Below are positions 21,209 to 33,648 of a stretch of DNA of 64,000 bases, piece after piece (the stretch's first letter is position 1; each line of letters opens with the position of its first letter). The position numbers were made by a program, and so were the translations under genes. This DNA comes from Phyllobates terribilis (Eukaryota): NCBI RefSeq assembly GCF_046119375.1, contig NW_027363019.1, positions 310,001 to 374,000 on the forward strand, in the 5' to 3' direction. The notes beneath the pieces were generated by a model. The model saw only the letters and a program-made list of their open reading frames with translations. It made no database searches and was not told the DNA's origin.

Positions 21209-24200
21209 TGTTATGCACACGCCCGGGCTAAGCGGCGTGTGCGTGTGATTGGTAGTGATTCCACTGGACCGTGCCGGAGAGTGAATGCCTGGAGGGGCGT
21301 GACTAAGTATTCACCCGATCCGACCAGGGTCGCACGACGGCATACGACGCCAGTGCACCAAGGAGGAACCGAGCAGAGGGACCAGGTGCTACTCCAGGAC
21401 AGACCCCGGACACGGCTGTTGACCCACACAGGGGAATACAGGAACAGGCTGGTAGGCTGGCACACAGACTGGTGGGTATAGGCAGGCACGACTGGTATGC
21501 AGGCAGGCGGGTATGCAGGCAGGGGGGTAAAGGCAAGCACAGCTAGAGTGCAGACAGGGAGGCACTAGCAGGTAGGAACACAGGCGGGATAGGACCCAGT
21601 ACACACCGGGACTCAGGAACAATACAGGCAGAGGGTTACAGGCAAGCACAGCTAGAGTGCAGACAAGGCTGAGCAGGGAGGACAGGGCTCTGTTCACACG
21701 GAACAGACAGGAAGGGAAAGACAGAGCCAGATACTCACACAGTACTTGCAGAGACAACAAGCAGGAGTTAGGTACGAGTTCAGACTCTGCAGAAAAAAGG
21801 AAGGGAACGGACATAGAGGCAAAACAGGTAAAGGATAGGAGAGAGTTCAGACTGGAACTGAGTGTACGGAGGAGACCGACACTGCAGAGGGATACAGGAG
21901 CGGGTCTGGGAATACGGCCCCCAGAGAGGCGGAACGAACAGGCAAGGAGCGTGTTCAGACAGGACAGACAAGAGAACACAGAAAGGAGTCAGTTCAGACA
22001 CGGGAGCTGATACCGCAAAGCAGGAGACATACAGGACTCAGTTCAGACACGGGAGCTGATACCGCAAAGCAGGAGACATACAGGACTCAGTTCAGACACG
22101 GGAGCTGATACCGCAAAGCAGGAGACATACAGGACACAGTTCAGACACGGGAGCTGATACCGCAAATCAGGAGACATACAGGACTCAGTTCAGACACGGG
22201 AACTGATACAAAAAGCAGGAGACAAGAGACGGGACCTGGCACCTTCAGAGTGCAAGCACACACTGAAGGAAACACTATGCTCAGGCAGGGATAGAAGGGA
22301 GCTGCTGAGCTATATACCAAGTGACAGACAGCAATAGGCTGAGGACGCACAAGGGGTGTGACCCACAGCAGGTACAAAAAGCAGGAAGTGATCGGGCGCC
22401 GCCCTTAAGCAGCAGAAACAGACACAAACAGACAGCATGGAGGGAAGCCAGAGAGACATTCTGGACAGGAGATCAAGTGCGCCCTCTTGCACAGTGGGAG
22501 ATGGACCACCATGCAAGGACGCCGCCAGGTATGTTACAGTACCTCCCCCCTTACGCCCCCTCTTCTTCAGGCCTGCCAGAATCTTCCGCAGGGAATTCGA
22601 GGGCCAGTCGTTCACTGGGTTGGAGGGGGACAGAGACTTAAGGGTAATCTCTGCTTCGAGGTACATCTTGTCAAGCTCACAGGAAGAAATAGACGGGTTA
22701 TCAGGTACATAATGAGGAAAAGTCACTGTCTCTTTGTTATCTGGTGATATCCCGGAGGATTCAGGAAACAACTGGAGGTCCTCCGCCGGGTCAGAAGAGT
22801 GCAGAGGCTCAGAGAAAACAACTGCTTCAGAGTACACTAGGTCGGACTCACTGGAGGAAGCAGGCGAGGTATCGGGTACGGAGTATAGGAAAGTCTCTGT
22901 CCATTCACCACCAGGTGGCACCCCGAAGGGTTCTGGAGACAGCTGGCGGACCTCCGCCTGGTCAGAGGGGTGTAGAGACTCACGGGTAACCTCTGCTTCA
23001 GAGTACACTAGGTCGGACTCACTGGAGGAAGCAGGCGAGGTATCGGGTACCGAGTATAGGAAAGTCTCTGTCCATTCACCACCAGGTGGCACCCCGAAGG
23101 GTTCTGGAGACAGCTGGCGGTCCTCCGCCTCGTCAGAGGGGTGTAGAGACTCACGGGTAACCTCTGCTTCAGAGTACACTAGGTCGGACTCACTGGACGA
23201 AGCAAGCGAGGTATCAGATCCAGGATATAGGAAAGTCTCTGTCCATTCACCACCAGGTGGCACCCCGAAGGATTCTGAACACAACTGGAGGTCCTCCGCC
23301 TGGTCGGAGGGGTGTAGAGACTCAGGAGTAACCTCTGCTTCGGAGTACACTAAGTTGGACTCACTGGACGAAGCGAGCGAGGTATCAGGTACAGAGTATA
23401 GGAGAGTCTCTGTCCTTTCGCTACCAGGTAGCACCCCGAAGGGTTCAGGAGACAACTGGAGGTCCTCCGCCTGGTCGGAGGGGTGTAGAGACTCGGAGGT
23501 AACTACCACTTTGGGGTACCCATTGTCAGGCTCACAGGACGAAGCGGACAAAGTATTGAGTACCGGGTGTAGAGAAGTCTCTCTCCATTTGTCATCGAGT
23601 GGAATCCCGGAGGGTTCAGGAGGCAACAGGGGATCCTCCGCCAGGTAGTAGAGGTGCACAGACTCTGAGGTAACCACAGCTTTGGAGCATCCTTGGACAT
23701 GCACACCGGTTAAAGAGAAAGAAGCATCTGATGCCGGGTGCAGGAAGTTCTCCTGTGTGGAGTCTGGATGGGCAGAAGTCTCTTCGGCCAGGAGAACTGG
23801 TGCACTACCCACGCACATTACCCATTGGGGTTTCTCCGGGATACAGGGAGATGAAGCTTCAGTAGGGACTTCAAGGTTGGGGTCAGGAGGTCTCAGGGAG
23901 GACAGACCCTGGCGTGACGGCTTGCCTCTAAGTCTAGCACGTCTGGACTGCCTCTTGAGGTTGAGAGAAGTATTCCGGAAAGCGTAGTCACCCTGTGAGG
24001 ATTCTGGGTGGGCAGTAGTCTCATTGGGCTGGAGGACTATTGCGCTACCCACACACATTACCCGTCGGGGCTGCTCCGGGATATTGGGAAGTGAAGCTTC
24101 AGCAGGGGCTTCAGAGTTAGGGTCCTCGAAGACCATACGAAAGGCCACCAGGAAGGCCTGCAGGTCAAGGATGACAGGATCCCATGCTTCCCATAGGGGG

Positions 24201-25857
24201 GTGACCCATTTCAAGGCATCACCCGCTAGGTAGTCAATCATAAAGGCCACTTTAGCCCAATCGGAAGGAAAATAGAGAGGGTAGGCCTTAAAGTGTAGCA
24301 TGCATTGCTCCACAAATGCACGACACTGTCTTGGATCCCCATAGTAACGTGGCGGATCCGCAGGAACGAGAGCTGATAGATCCATCTGGACGGGTGCGTA
24401 ATTCGCCTGGAACTCAGCTAAAGGGGGAAAAAAAATTATTTATTTATTTTAATGCATGTATTCGCTGGAAAAACTTCTCAAAGAGCGAAGGCCGTGGGGC
24501 TCAACGGGAACCATGGCCTGAGCATGCTGTTATGCACACGCCCGGGCTAAGCGGCGTGTGCGTGTGATTGGTAGTGATTCCACTGGACCGTGCCGGAGAG
24601 TGAATGCCTGGAGGGGCGTGACTAAGTATTCACCCGATCCGACCAGGGTCGCACGACGGCATACGACGCCAGTGCACCAAGGAGGAACCGAGCAGAGGGA
24701 CCAGGTGCTACTCCAGGACAGACCCCGGACACGGCTGTTGACCCACACAGGGGAATACAGGAACAGGCTGGTAGGCTGGCACACAGACTGGTGGGTATAG
24801 GCAGGCACGACTGGTATGCAGGCAGGCGGGTATGCAGGCAGGGGGGTAAAGGCAAGCACAGCTAGAGTGCAGACAGGGAGGCACTAGCAGGTAGGAACAC
24901 AGGCGGGATAGGACCCAGTACACACCGGGACTCAGGAACAATACAGGCAGAGGGTTACAGGCAAGCACAGCTAGAGTGCAGACAAGGCTGAGCAGGGAGG
25001 ACAGGGCTCTGTTCACACGGAACAGACAGGAAGGGAAAGACAGAGCCAGATACTCACACAGTACTTGCAGAGACAACAAGCAGGAGTTAGGTACGAGTTC
25101 AGACTCTGCAGAAAAAAGGAAGGGAACGGACATAGAGGCAAAACAGGTAAAGGATAGGAGAGAGTTCAGACTGGAACTGAGTGTACGGAGGAGACCGACA
25201 CTGCAGAGGGATACAGGAGCGGGTCTGGGAATACGGCCCCCAGAGAGGCGGAACGAACAGGCAAGGAGCGTGTTCAGACAGGACAGACAAGAGAACACAG
25301 AAAGGAGTCAGTTCAGACACGGGAGCTGATACCGCAAAGCAGGAGACATACAGGACTCAGTTCAGACACGGGAGCTGATACCGCAAAGCAGGAGACATAC
25401 AGGACTCAGTTCAGACACGGGAGCTGATACCGCAAAGCAGGAGACATACAGGACACAGTTCAGACACGGGAGCTGATACCGCAAAGCAGGAGACATACAG
25501 GACTCAGTTCAGACACGGGAACTGATACAAAAAGCAGGAGACAAGAGACGGGACCTGGCACCTTCAGAGTGCAAGCACACACTGAAGGAAACACTATGCT
25601 CAGGCAGGGATAGAAGGGAGCTGCTGAGCTATATACCAAGTGACAGACAGCAATAGGCTGAGGACGCACAAGGGGTGTGACCCACAGCAGGTACAAAAAG
25701 CAGGAAGTGATCGGGCGCCGCCCTTAAGCAGCAGAAACAGACACAAACAGACAGCATGGAGGGAAGCCAGAGAGACATTCTGGACAGGAGATCAAGTGCG
25801 CCCTCTTGCACAGTGGGAGATGGACCACCATGCAAGGACGCCGCCAGGTATGTTACA
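21209..25857 (-). mobile_element. Non-autonomous, pol-less (gag-only) LTR retroelement, copy A
   Basis: 1330-bp LTRs at 24528-25857 (5') and 21209-22538 (3'), TG...CA, only one substitution seen. 5-bp TSD CTTAG at 21204-21208 and 25858-25862. PPT at 22539-22565. Internal region of 1989 bp. Confidence 0.95.
22310..24385 (-). CDS. Gag-derived protein, 691 aa: LDOC1/RTL-like (DUF4939-type) capsid N-domain, 57-aa acidic repeats and a U3-encoded tail
   Basis: N-terminus PPRYYGDPRQCRAFVEQCMLHF...FPSDWAKVAFM..YLAGDAL.W..PLWE..DP...DL.AFL.AF..VF.DP is sushi/PEG10-type Gag. No MHR, CCHC or pol motif seen. Expression is unknown. Confidence 0.75.
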   Translation of the reverse strand: MDLSALVPADPPRYYGDPRQCRAFVEQCMLHFKAYPLYFPSDWAKVAFMIDYLAGDALKWVTPLWEAWDPVILDLQAFLVAFRMVFEDPNSEAPAEASLPNIPEQPRRVMCVGSAIVLQPNETTAHPESSQGDYAFRNTSLNLKRQSRRARLRGKPSRQGLSSLRPPDPNLEVPTEASSPCIPEKPQWVMCVGSAPVLLAEETSAHPDSTQENFLHPASDASFSLTGVHVQGCSKAVVTSESVHLYYLAEDPLLPPEPSGIPLDDKWRETSLHPVLNTLSASSCEPDNGYPKVVVTSESLHPSDQAEDLQLSPEPFGVLPGSERTETLLYSVPDTSLASSSESNLVYSEAEVTPESLHPSDQAEDLQLCSESFGVPPGGEWTETFLYPGSDTSLASSSESDLVYSEAEVTRESLHPSDEAEDRQLSPEPFGVPPGGEWTETFLYSVPDTSPASSSESDLVYSEAEVTRESLHPSDQAEVRQLSPEPFGVPPGGEWTETFLYSVPDTSPASSSESDLVYSEAVVFSEPLHSSDPAEDLQLFPESSGISPDNKETVTFPHYVPDNPSISSCELDKMYLEAEITLKSLSPSNPVNDWPSNSLRKILAGLKKRGRKGGGTVTYLAASLHGGPSPTVQEGALDLLSRMSLWLPSMLSVCVCFCCLRAAPDHFLLFVPAVGHTPCASSAYCCLSLGI

Positions 25858-27384
25858 CTTAGCACTTGTTGGCCCTTTTGCCTTCACTCTGCGGTCCAGC
25901 TCACCCCAAACCATCTCGATTGGGGTCAGGTCTGGTGACTGTGGAGGCCAGGTCATCTGGCATAGCACCCCATCACTCTCCCTCTTGGTCAATTAGCCCT
26001 TACACAGCCTGGAGGTGTGTTTGGGGTCATTGTCCTGTTGAAAAATAAATGATCGTCCAACTAAACGCAAACCGGATGGAATAGCATGTCACTGCAAGAT
26101 GCTGTGGTAGCCATGCTGGTTCAGTATGCCTTCAATTTTGAATAAATCCCCAACAGTGTCACCAGCAAAGCACCCCCACACCTTCACACCTCCTCCTCCA
26201 TGCTTCACAGTGGGAACCAGGCATGTAGAGTCCATCCGTTCACCTTTTCTGCGTCGCACAAAGACACGGTGGTTGGAACCAAAGATCTCAAATTTGGACT
26301 CATCAGACCAAAGAACAGATTTCCACTGGTCTAATGTCCATTACTTGTGTTCTTTAGCACAAACAAGTCTCTTCTGCTTGTTGCCTGTCCTTAGCAGTGG
26401 TTTCCTAGCAGCTATTTTACCATGAAGGCCTGCTGCACAAAGTCTCCTCTTAACAGTTGTTGAAGAGATGTGTCTGCTGCTAGAACTTTGTGTGGCATTG
26501 ACCTGGTCTCTAATCTGAGCTGCTGTTAACCTGCGATTTCTGAGGCTGGTGACTCGGATAAACTTATCCTCAGAAGCAGAGGTGACTCTTGGTCTTCCTT
26601 TCCTGGGGCTGTCCTCATGTAAGCCAGTTTCTTTGTAGCGCTTGATGGTTTTTGCAGCTGCACTTGGGGACACTTTCAAAGTTTGCCCAATTTTTCGCAC
26701 TGACTGGCCTTCATTTCTTAAAGTAATGATGGCCACTCATTTTTCTTTACTTAGCTGCTTTTTTCTTGCCAGAATACAAATTCTAACAGTCTATTCGGTA
26801 GGACTATCAGCTGTGTATCCATCTGACTTCTGCACAACACAACTGATGGTCCCAACCCCATTTATAAGGCAAGAAATCCCACTTATTAAACCTGACAGGG
26901 CACACCTGTGAAGTGAAAACCATTTCCGGTGACTGCCACTTGAAGCTCATCAAGAGAATGCCAAGAGTGTGCAAAGAAGACATCAAAGCAAAAGGTGGCT
27001 ACTTTGAAGAACCTAGAATATAAGACATATTTTCAGTTGTTTCACAGTTTTTTTGTTAAGTATATAATTCCACATGTGTTAATTCATAGTTTTGATGCCT
27101 TCAGTGTGAAGGTACAATTTTCATAGTCATGAAAATACAGAAAAATCTTTAAATGAGAAGGTGTGTCCAAACTTTTGGTCTGTACTGTATATTTTTTATA
27201 TTATTCACAGCAACATAGACATTATTGCATTAAATACAATTAATCAAAGCTATATTGATGAATCATATACTATTATACAGAAAGTTTTTTTCCTTAGAAT
27301 ATAATAGTGCATCAAATCTATTCTATTAGTTCTTTTTAAATTAATCCTCCTCTATTAGATAAAATTTCATATAATGCCATAAGT

Positions 27385-29170
27385 CCCCACAGTCCCTCTT
27401 CATATCTACTCAACTCTCCTCCTCCAAAACCAGCTTCTCCGCCATCACAGAAGATCAACTTTTCTCTCCAAGTAACATCTCACCACCTGTGAACTTGACC
27501 CAATCCCGTTCCACCTCATCCCAAACCTGCAGTCTTCATCCCAACCCTAACCCACCTCTGCAACCTGTCACTAGCAACTGGTGTCTTTCCCTCATGCTCC
27601 AAACATGCCTCGATCACACCCATCCTCAAAAATCCATCCCTTGACCCATCCTCTTTGACTAGCTATCACCCTATATTGCTTCTCCCCTATGCCTCAAAAC
27701 TACTGGAACAACACGTCCATCTTGAGCTGTTCTCCCACCTCTCCTCCTGCTCCCTCTTTCACCGCCTCCAATCTGGCGTCCGACCGCACCATTCTTCTGA
27801 AACTGCCCTGACTAAAGACACCAACGACCTACTGACCGCCAAATCCAAGCGACACCACTCTGCCCTTCTCTTTCTGGACCTGTCATCTGCCTTTGACACA
27901 GTAGACCATCATCTCTTGGCATCACAAACTTGGCCCTATCTTGGATCTCTTCATACCTAACAGACCGGACATTCAGCGTCTCCCACTCACACACCACCTC
28001 CTCACCTCGCCCCGTATCTGTCAGTGTTCCCCAAGGCTCAGTTAAAAGACCCCTGCTCTTCTCCATCTACACCTTCGGCCTGGGACAGCTCATAGAGTCT
28101 CACAGCTTTCAGTATCAGCTCTATGCCGATGACACACAGATCTACCTCTCTGGACCTGATATCACCTCCTTACTAACCAAAATCCCACAATGTCTGTCTG
28201 CTATTTCATCTTTCTTCTCTAGATTTCTAAAACTTAATATGGATAAAACTGAATTCATCATCTTTCCACCATCTCGCTCAACCCCCCATCTATCAAAGTC
28301 AATGGCTGTCCACTCTCCCGAGTCCCGCAAGCTCGCTGCCTCGGGGTGACCCTTGACTCTGATCTCTCCTTCAAACCTCATATCCAAGCCCTTTCCACTT
28401 CCTGTCGACTCCAACTCAAAAATATTTCCCGGATCCGCATATTCCTGAACCACGAATCTGCAAAAACACTAGTGCATACACTCATCATCTCCCGCCTCGA
28501 CTACTGCAACCTCCTGCTCTGTGGCCTCCCTTCTAACACTCTAATCTATCCTAAACTCTGCTGCCCGACTAATCCACCTGTTCCCCCGCTATTCCCCGGC
28601 CTCTTCTCTCTGTCAATCCCTTCACTGGCTCCCCATTGCCCAGAGACTCCAGTTCAAAACCCTAACCATGGCATAAAAAGCCATCCACAGTCTGTCTCCT
28701 TCATATATCTGTGACCTAGTCTCCCGGTACATACCTGCACGCAACCTCTGATCCTCACAAGATCTCCTTCTCTACTTTCCTCTTATCTCCTCTTCCCACA
28801 ATCGCATACAAGATTTCTCCCGTGCATCCCCCCTAATCTGGAACTCTCTACCCCAACACATCAGACTCTCGTCGACCGTGGAAACCTTCAAAAGGAGCCT
28901 GAAGACCTACCTGTTCCGACAAGACTACAACCTGCAGTAACCACCGCTCCACCACACTGCTGCACGATCAGCTCTACCCTCACCTACTGTATCCTCACCC
29001 ATCCCTTGTAGATTGTGAGCCCTCGCGGGCAGGGTCCTCTCTCCTCCTGTACCAGTCGCTGACTTGTTTTTCTTCAAATTATTGTACTTGTTGTTTGCTA
29101 TGTATACCCCTTTTAAACATGTAAAGCACCATGGAATTAATGGTGCTATAATAATAAATAATAATAATAA
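27385..29170 (+). mobile_element. 5'-truncated L2 LINE (RT pseudogene plus 3' tail)
   Basis: [27 protein letters not shown] and YADDTQIY motifs; frameshifted; ends in (TAA)n at 29150-29170. Confidence 0.93.
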
Positions 29171-29465
29171 TGCGACTTATCTAATCTAATCTAGTTTAAT
29201 ATAAACTAGTGATTGTATGATGAGTGCATTGTTGAAAAAAGCCTGGGACAGGCTGAAACATCCTTTGGAATTGGCAATGAAATAAAAGAGCAATTATTCA
29301 CTGAACACGTGAGTGCCGGGAATTACTTCCTTTCTGCATATTCTACTCCACGTGCACCACCACCACCGATCCACCATCCCTGTATTCATATTGGGATACG
29401 AGCACACATTTTTCACCATCGCTGCAACAAGCCGGATTTTCAATTAGGAAGAAGCCGCTAGAATT

Positions 29466-32405
29466 ATGGCGCAATCCACAATATCAACAGATTTCCTGAC
29501 AATCCCAACAAGTGAGTTCAAAAGACGGGACTTTGAGAGGGGAAACTAAGAGGTTGATTTCATACGAGTTGCATGCTGAAACACTTGTAGAATATTATCG
29601 AGAAAAGAAAATACAGCAGGACTTAAGGGTTTAACCTACGCTCGACGCTGTTTTCAGAAGATAATATATTCTGCGATGATTTTGAGCAAGTGCTTAATAA
29701 ATGCTCTATGGATTTGATGTTACTAACAATTGCAGATTGCATAAAGCCATCGCTGACCTTAAAGTTCAGAGTGCTAATATTGAAGAGCAATTAACCTCCT
29801 GTTTGAAATCTGATGAACTTTCCATTATGAAGGAATCTTTGTAATTCTGTTCTGGATATTCATTGAAAGGATTTACAAGAGAGAAAAAGAAGGAAATTTA
29901 CTCGTGACACTGAAGACTATCTAAATAATAAAGTTTATAGATGGCGAGAGCAAACTTCCAATAGGATTAGAAATCCCAGACAATGTTTTAGGAATGATTT
30001 TTATTCATCTGATTCTAGCAGCGAGTTCTTAGGATCCTGGAGGAATCCACGTCCTTTTTCCTCGCGAACAAAGAAGCAGAACATCACAAGAAGAGGAGGA
30101 GAGCAGGTCGCCATCACCGACACAGCTACACCTGCGATGCAAACAAGATCTCGGTAGAGAGGAGTCCCTTGTTATAAACTTTTCATCAAAAACTTTTTTT
30201 GCAATTCAGATGCAAGTATTGCAGAAAGGACTTTCATTTGTTGTTATGTCCAAACTTAATACATTTCAACTTGATTTGGACATTAAGTTTCTCCGTAATG
30301 TCAGATTAAAACGTATTTTTCAAATGTGATTACACCTGCACGCACTTTACCTGTATTACAGGTGAAATGCTTTACTGCATCTGAACTGGGATTAAGACAA
30401 AGAAGCTTTTTCTCTCCACCCAAAATTCACGTATGCAGATAGACAAAGTGGTCCTTATCCAAGAATGAATTTGGGTTTTAGAGACAGACAAGCATTGACT
30501 TCTTTAAGGCATGACGATTCGATCGAAATTAAACCGGCAGCCAAGGGTGGTTCAGTGGTGGTAATGGATCATTACAAATATAAAAAAAAGAAATCCTGCG
30601 ACAATTGTCAGATCAGACGACCTATGTACCACTGAGCCATGATCCCTTGCCCAAAATTCAGAGGAAAATTTCCAACATGATTGATAAATATAAAAACCTG
30701 GGTATTATTGATGATAAATTAGCGGAGTTTTTGGTGAAGACGGATCCCCTTACACCTGTATTTTATATACTGCCAAAGGTGCATACAACCTTAATTGATC
30801 CTCCGGGCAAGGCCAATTGTGGCATCAACTAACTCGGTATTATCCCCGTTATCAATCATGTTGGTAGGATCCTCCTCACACTTTTAATCAAAAAAAACCC
30901 AAAAGCATTTCTTCTGGATACTAAAGATTTTTTTGACAAAAATTAAAATGATTGATGATATTGGAGATGATACTATATTAGTTACCACTGATGGAGCTAA
31001 TTTATACACTTCTAGAGAACATCACAAGGGACTTGAGGCGATCCATTGGATTTTGAATTTAAATGAATTTACACACTTCCAAATTGATTGCATTATCGTT
31101 TTTTTACTCTAGTCCTCAATGAGAACTATTTTCTCTTTCAAGACACTTTCTATTGTCAACGGAGGGGTTTGGCGATGGGTGCTAATGTGGCCCCCCCATA
31201 TGCTAATGCATATATGGCATTCTTTGAAGAACGATTTATATACAAACATACTTTATTTCAAACACACGTGAAAACGTGGTATAGATATATTGACGATGTC
31301 ATTTGCATATGGGAGGGGCCACACTAGAGGCAATGCAAGATTTTGAAAAATATCTGAATAATATTTGGGATGAATTAAAATTTACCACGACAAACGATTT
31401 GCGCAGAATTAAATTTTTTTAGATACATCAATTATTAAAAATTATAATAGTCTGGATACAGATTTATATAGAAAAAAAAATACGGACAAAAATAGTGTTT
31501 TATACTTTGAAAGTGCGCACTCTTATTCTCTTAAGAGGGCTATCCCTAAATCACAGTTACAAAGGATACGCAGAATTGTGTCCGAACCATCTCTTTGAGA
31601 ACAGAGACTTACTGAAATGCGACATGATTTTATGGCGAGAGGTTATCCACGCCACCTGTTAGAGAAAGTTAAAGAGGATTCTCTGTCTAATAAAAGATCT
31701 AGAAGTGCATTATCACACAGGATACCTTTTGTCAGGGATTATCATCCAATCAATTTAAAAGTTGATCATATTGTTAAAAAACATCGGCATATCTGACATC
31801 ATGCGTATCCTCAGATATCACAGTTTGAGAATCTCCCATTGATTTGTAACAAAAAGTTGACTAATATTAAAGATAAATTAGTGCGTGCGGACCTAGGTAG
31901 TGAAAAGAGAGAATCTAAACAAACCTTTATTTCTAGTAGGAAAAAACGGTACATATCCATGTTTGGGATGTTTCCAATGTAATAATGTTGCTAAAGGAGA
32001 ATTTTTTTTTTTATGACTCTCAAACTGGAAAACCACGAAAAAGAAAAGTTTTTTTACTTACCTCTCCAATAACGTGATTTATATGATAAAATGTCCCTGT
32101 GGTTTAGCTTATAGTGGAGAAACCACACAATCAGTTGGTACAAAGATTAATAAGCACAAATCCACAATAAGGTGCGGAGATATTACCTTTATTGGTATTG
32201 CCATTACCTCTTCCACCACATTTTCAGGGAAAAAAAAACACATATTATCGCACAATTAAAATACCAAGAGCTGGAACAGGTGATAATTCCTATAATTCCT
32301 AGGAGGGGTGGTAATATAAAGACAATGCTCCTCCGAAGTGAGGCGTATTGGATACATAATGTAAAAACGTTATCCCCGAATGTATTAATAAAGGTTATGA
32401 AATGA
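29466..32405 (+). pseudogene. PLE RT/GIY-YIG ORF, fragmented
   Basis: ORF-track pieces 30605-30832, 31088-31327, 32074-32259 and 32172-32405 in different frames. Confidence 0.85.
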
Positions 32406-32469
32406 GTCGCAATATATTCAATTTTATCTTTTATTTTTACCTTAAATTTGTTTGTGATTAAAAAATATA

Positions 32470-33648
32470 CCGTATTTTTTCGGACTATAAGACGCACTTT
32501 TTTCCTCCAAAATTTTTATAGTCCGAACTGTGCCCCGTACTATATACCTATGGCTGTGGGTGGTGAGGGGAGCGGCGGCGGGGCACAAGAGGCAGGAGCC
32601 GCCTGCTGCAGCCTACACTGTGCCCGCTGCTAAAGAAAATGAATATTCACTGCTCCACATGCCCATGGGCGTGGAGAACAATGATTCATTTTCCTCAAAA
32701 ACGCGCACACTGTAGCCGCAGTGCGGCTCCGGCTGCCGCTGTTCGGTTTATGTTCCCGCTATTAAAGACCATGAATATTCACTACAATCCTCTCCCATGG
32801 GTTGTAGTGAATATTCATGGTCTTTAATAGTGGGCACAAAGACTGCCGTCCGCAGCAGGAGCTGTGCTGCAGGTACTGTGTGAGTTAATGGTCACTGCTC
32901 CACACACACACAGTTCTGGCGCAGGGAGCAGTAACTATTTCAGAACAGCATCTCACACTGTGAGGGCGCATGGCAGGGACGCCATGCGCGCCTTTCATAG
33001 TGAGTGTCGACAGCAGAGTGGGACGTAGCGCTGGAGGAGAGAGGAGGTGATTATAATTGTTTATTTTTGTGTGTGCAGTATGATGGGGATCAGGGGATGG
33101 CCTTGTATACTAGGATGAGGGGTGCCATGCATACCAGGATGAGGGGTGCCATGCATACCAGGATGAGGGGTGCCATGCATACCAGGATGAGGGGTGTCAT
33201 GAATACCAAGAAGAGGGATGAGGGGTGCCATGCATACCAAGATGAGGGGAACCATGCATACCAGGATGAGGGGTGCCATGCCTACCAGGATGAGGTGTGC
33301 CTAGCATATCAGGATGGGGATCAAGGGGTGCCATGCATACCAGGATAGGAGATTGGGGTGCCATGTATACAAAGATGGGGGATTGGGGTGCCATGCAGAC
33401 CAGGATGGGGATGAGGGGTGCCATGCATATCAGGATGGTGATGAGGGCCACGTATAACAGGAAGGAGGGGGCCATACAGACCAGGATGGGGAATATTAAC
33501 AGAATTGGGGGACATTACCCCTATAACAGTGTTAGCAGCAGACCCCCTCCCCCTTAACAGGGCATCATGACCACATTTTTTGCTTACATTTTTTTTTCTA
33601 TTTTCTTCCTCTAAAACCTAGGTGCATCTTATAGTCCGAAAAATACGG
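32470..33648. mobile_element. pogo/Tc1-type MITE carrying a 24-bp minisatellite
   Basis: TA|CCGTATTTTTTCGGACTATAAGACGCAC ... GTGCATCTTATAGTCCGAAAAATACGG|TA; internal unit CCATGCATACCAGGATGAGGGGTG at ~33100-33480. Confidence 0.92.

Larger units (their letters stand above)
21130..26800 (-). pseudogene. Tc1 transposase, disrupted
   Basis: HTH region with RKGRPR (26341-26736); WPPQSPDLTPIEMVW (25920-25970); C-terminus resumes at 21208. Frameshifts plus a 4.6-kb insertion. Confidence 0.88.
20903..27187 (-). mobile_element. Tc1-family DNA transposon (long IRs), interrupted by the gag-only LTR element
   Basis: IRs of ~268 bp at 20903-21170 and 26919-27187, (C/T)AGTACAGACCAAA.GTTTGGACACACC, with TA TSDs. 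Confidence 0.93.
20757..27360 (-). mobile_element. Minus-strand copy of the Neptune 3'-UTR, split by the Tc1 element
   Basis: 20757-20900 and 27190-27300 are the reverse complement of 33930-34152. Confidence 0.75.

Noticed and set aside
22021-22210. CRISPR-like regular repeats (49-bp here and at 44340-44620; 59-bp at 57045-58142; 52-bp at 15895-16120)
   Set aside because: Units are contiguous with no unique spacers, there are no cas genes, and the context is eukaryotic.
22734-23648. Antisense ORFs over the 171-bp repeats (also 46603-47472)
   Set aside because: Expected shadows of an in-frame coding repeat; no independent features.
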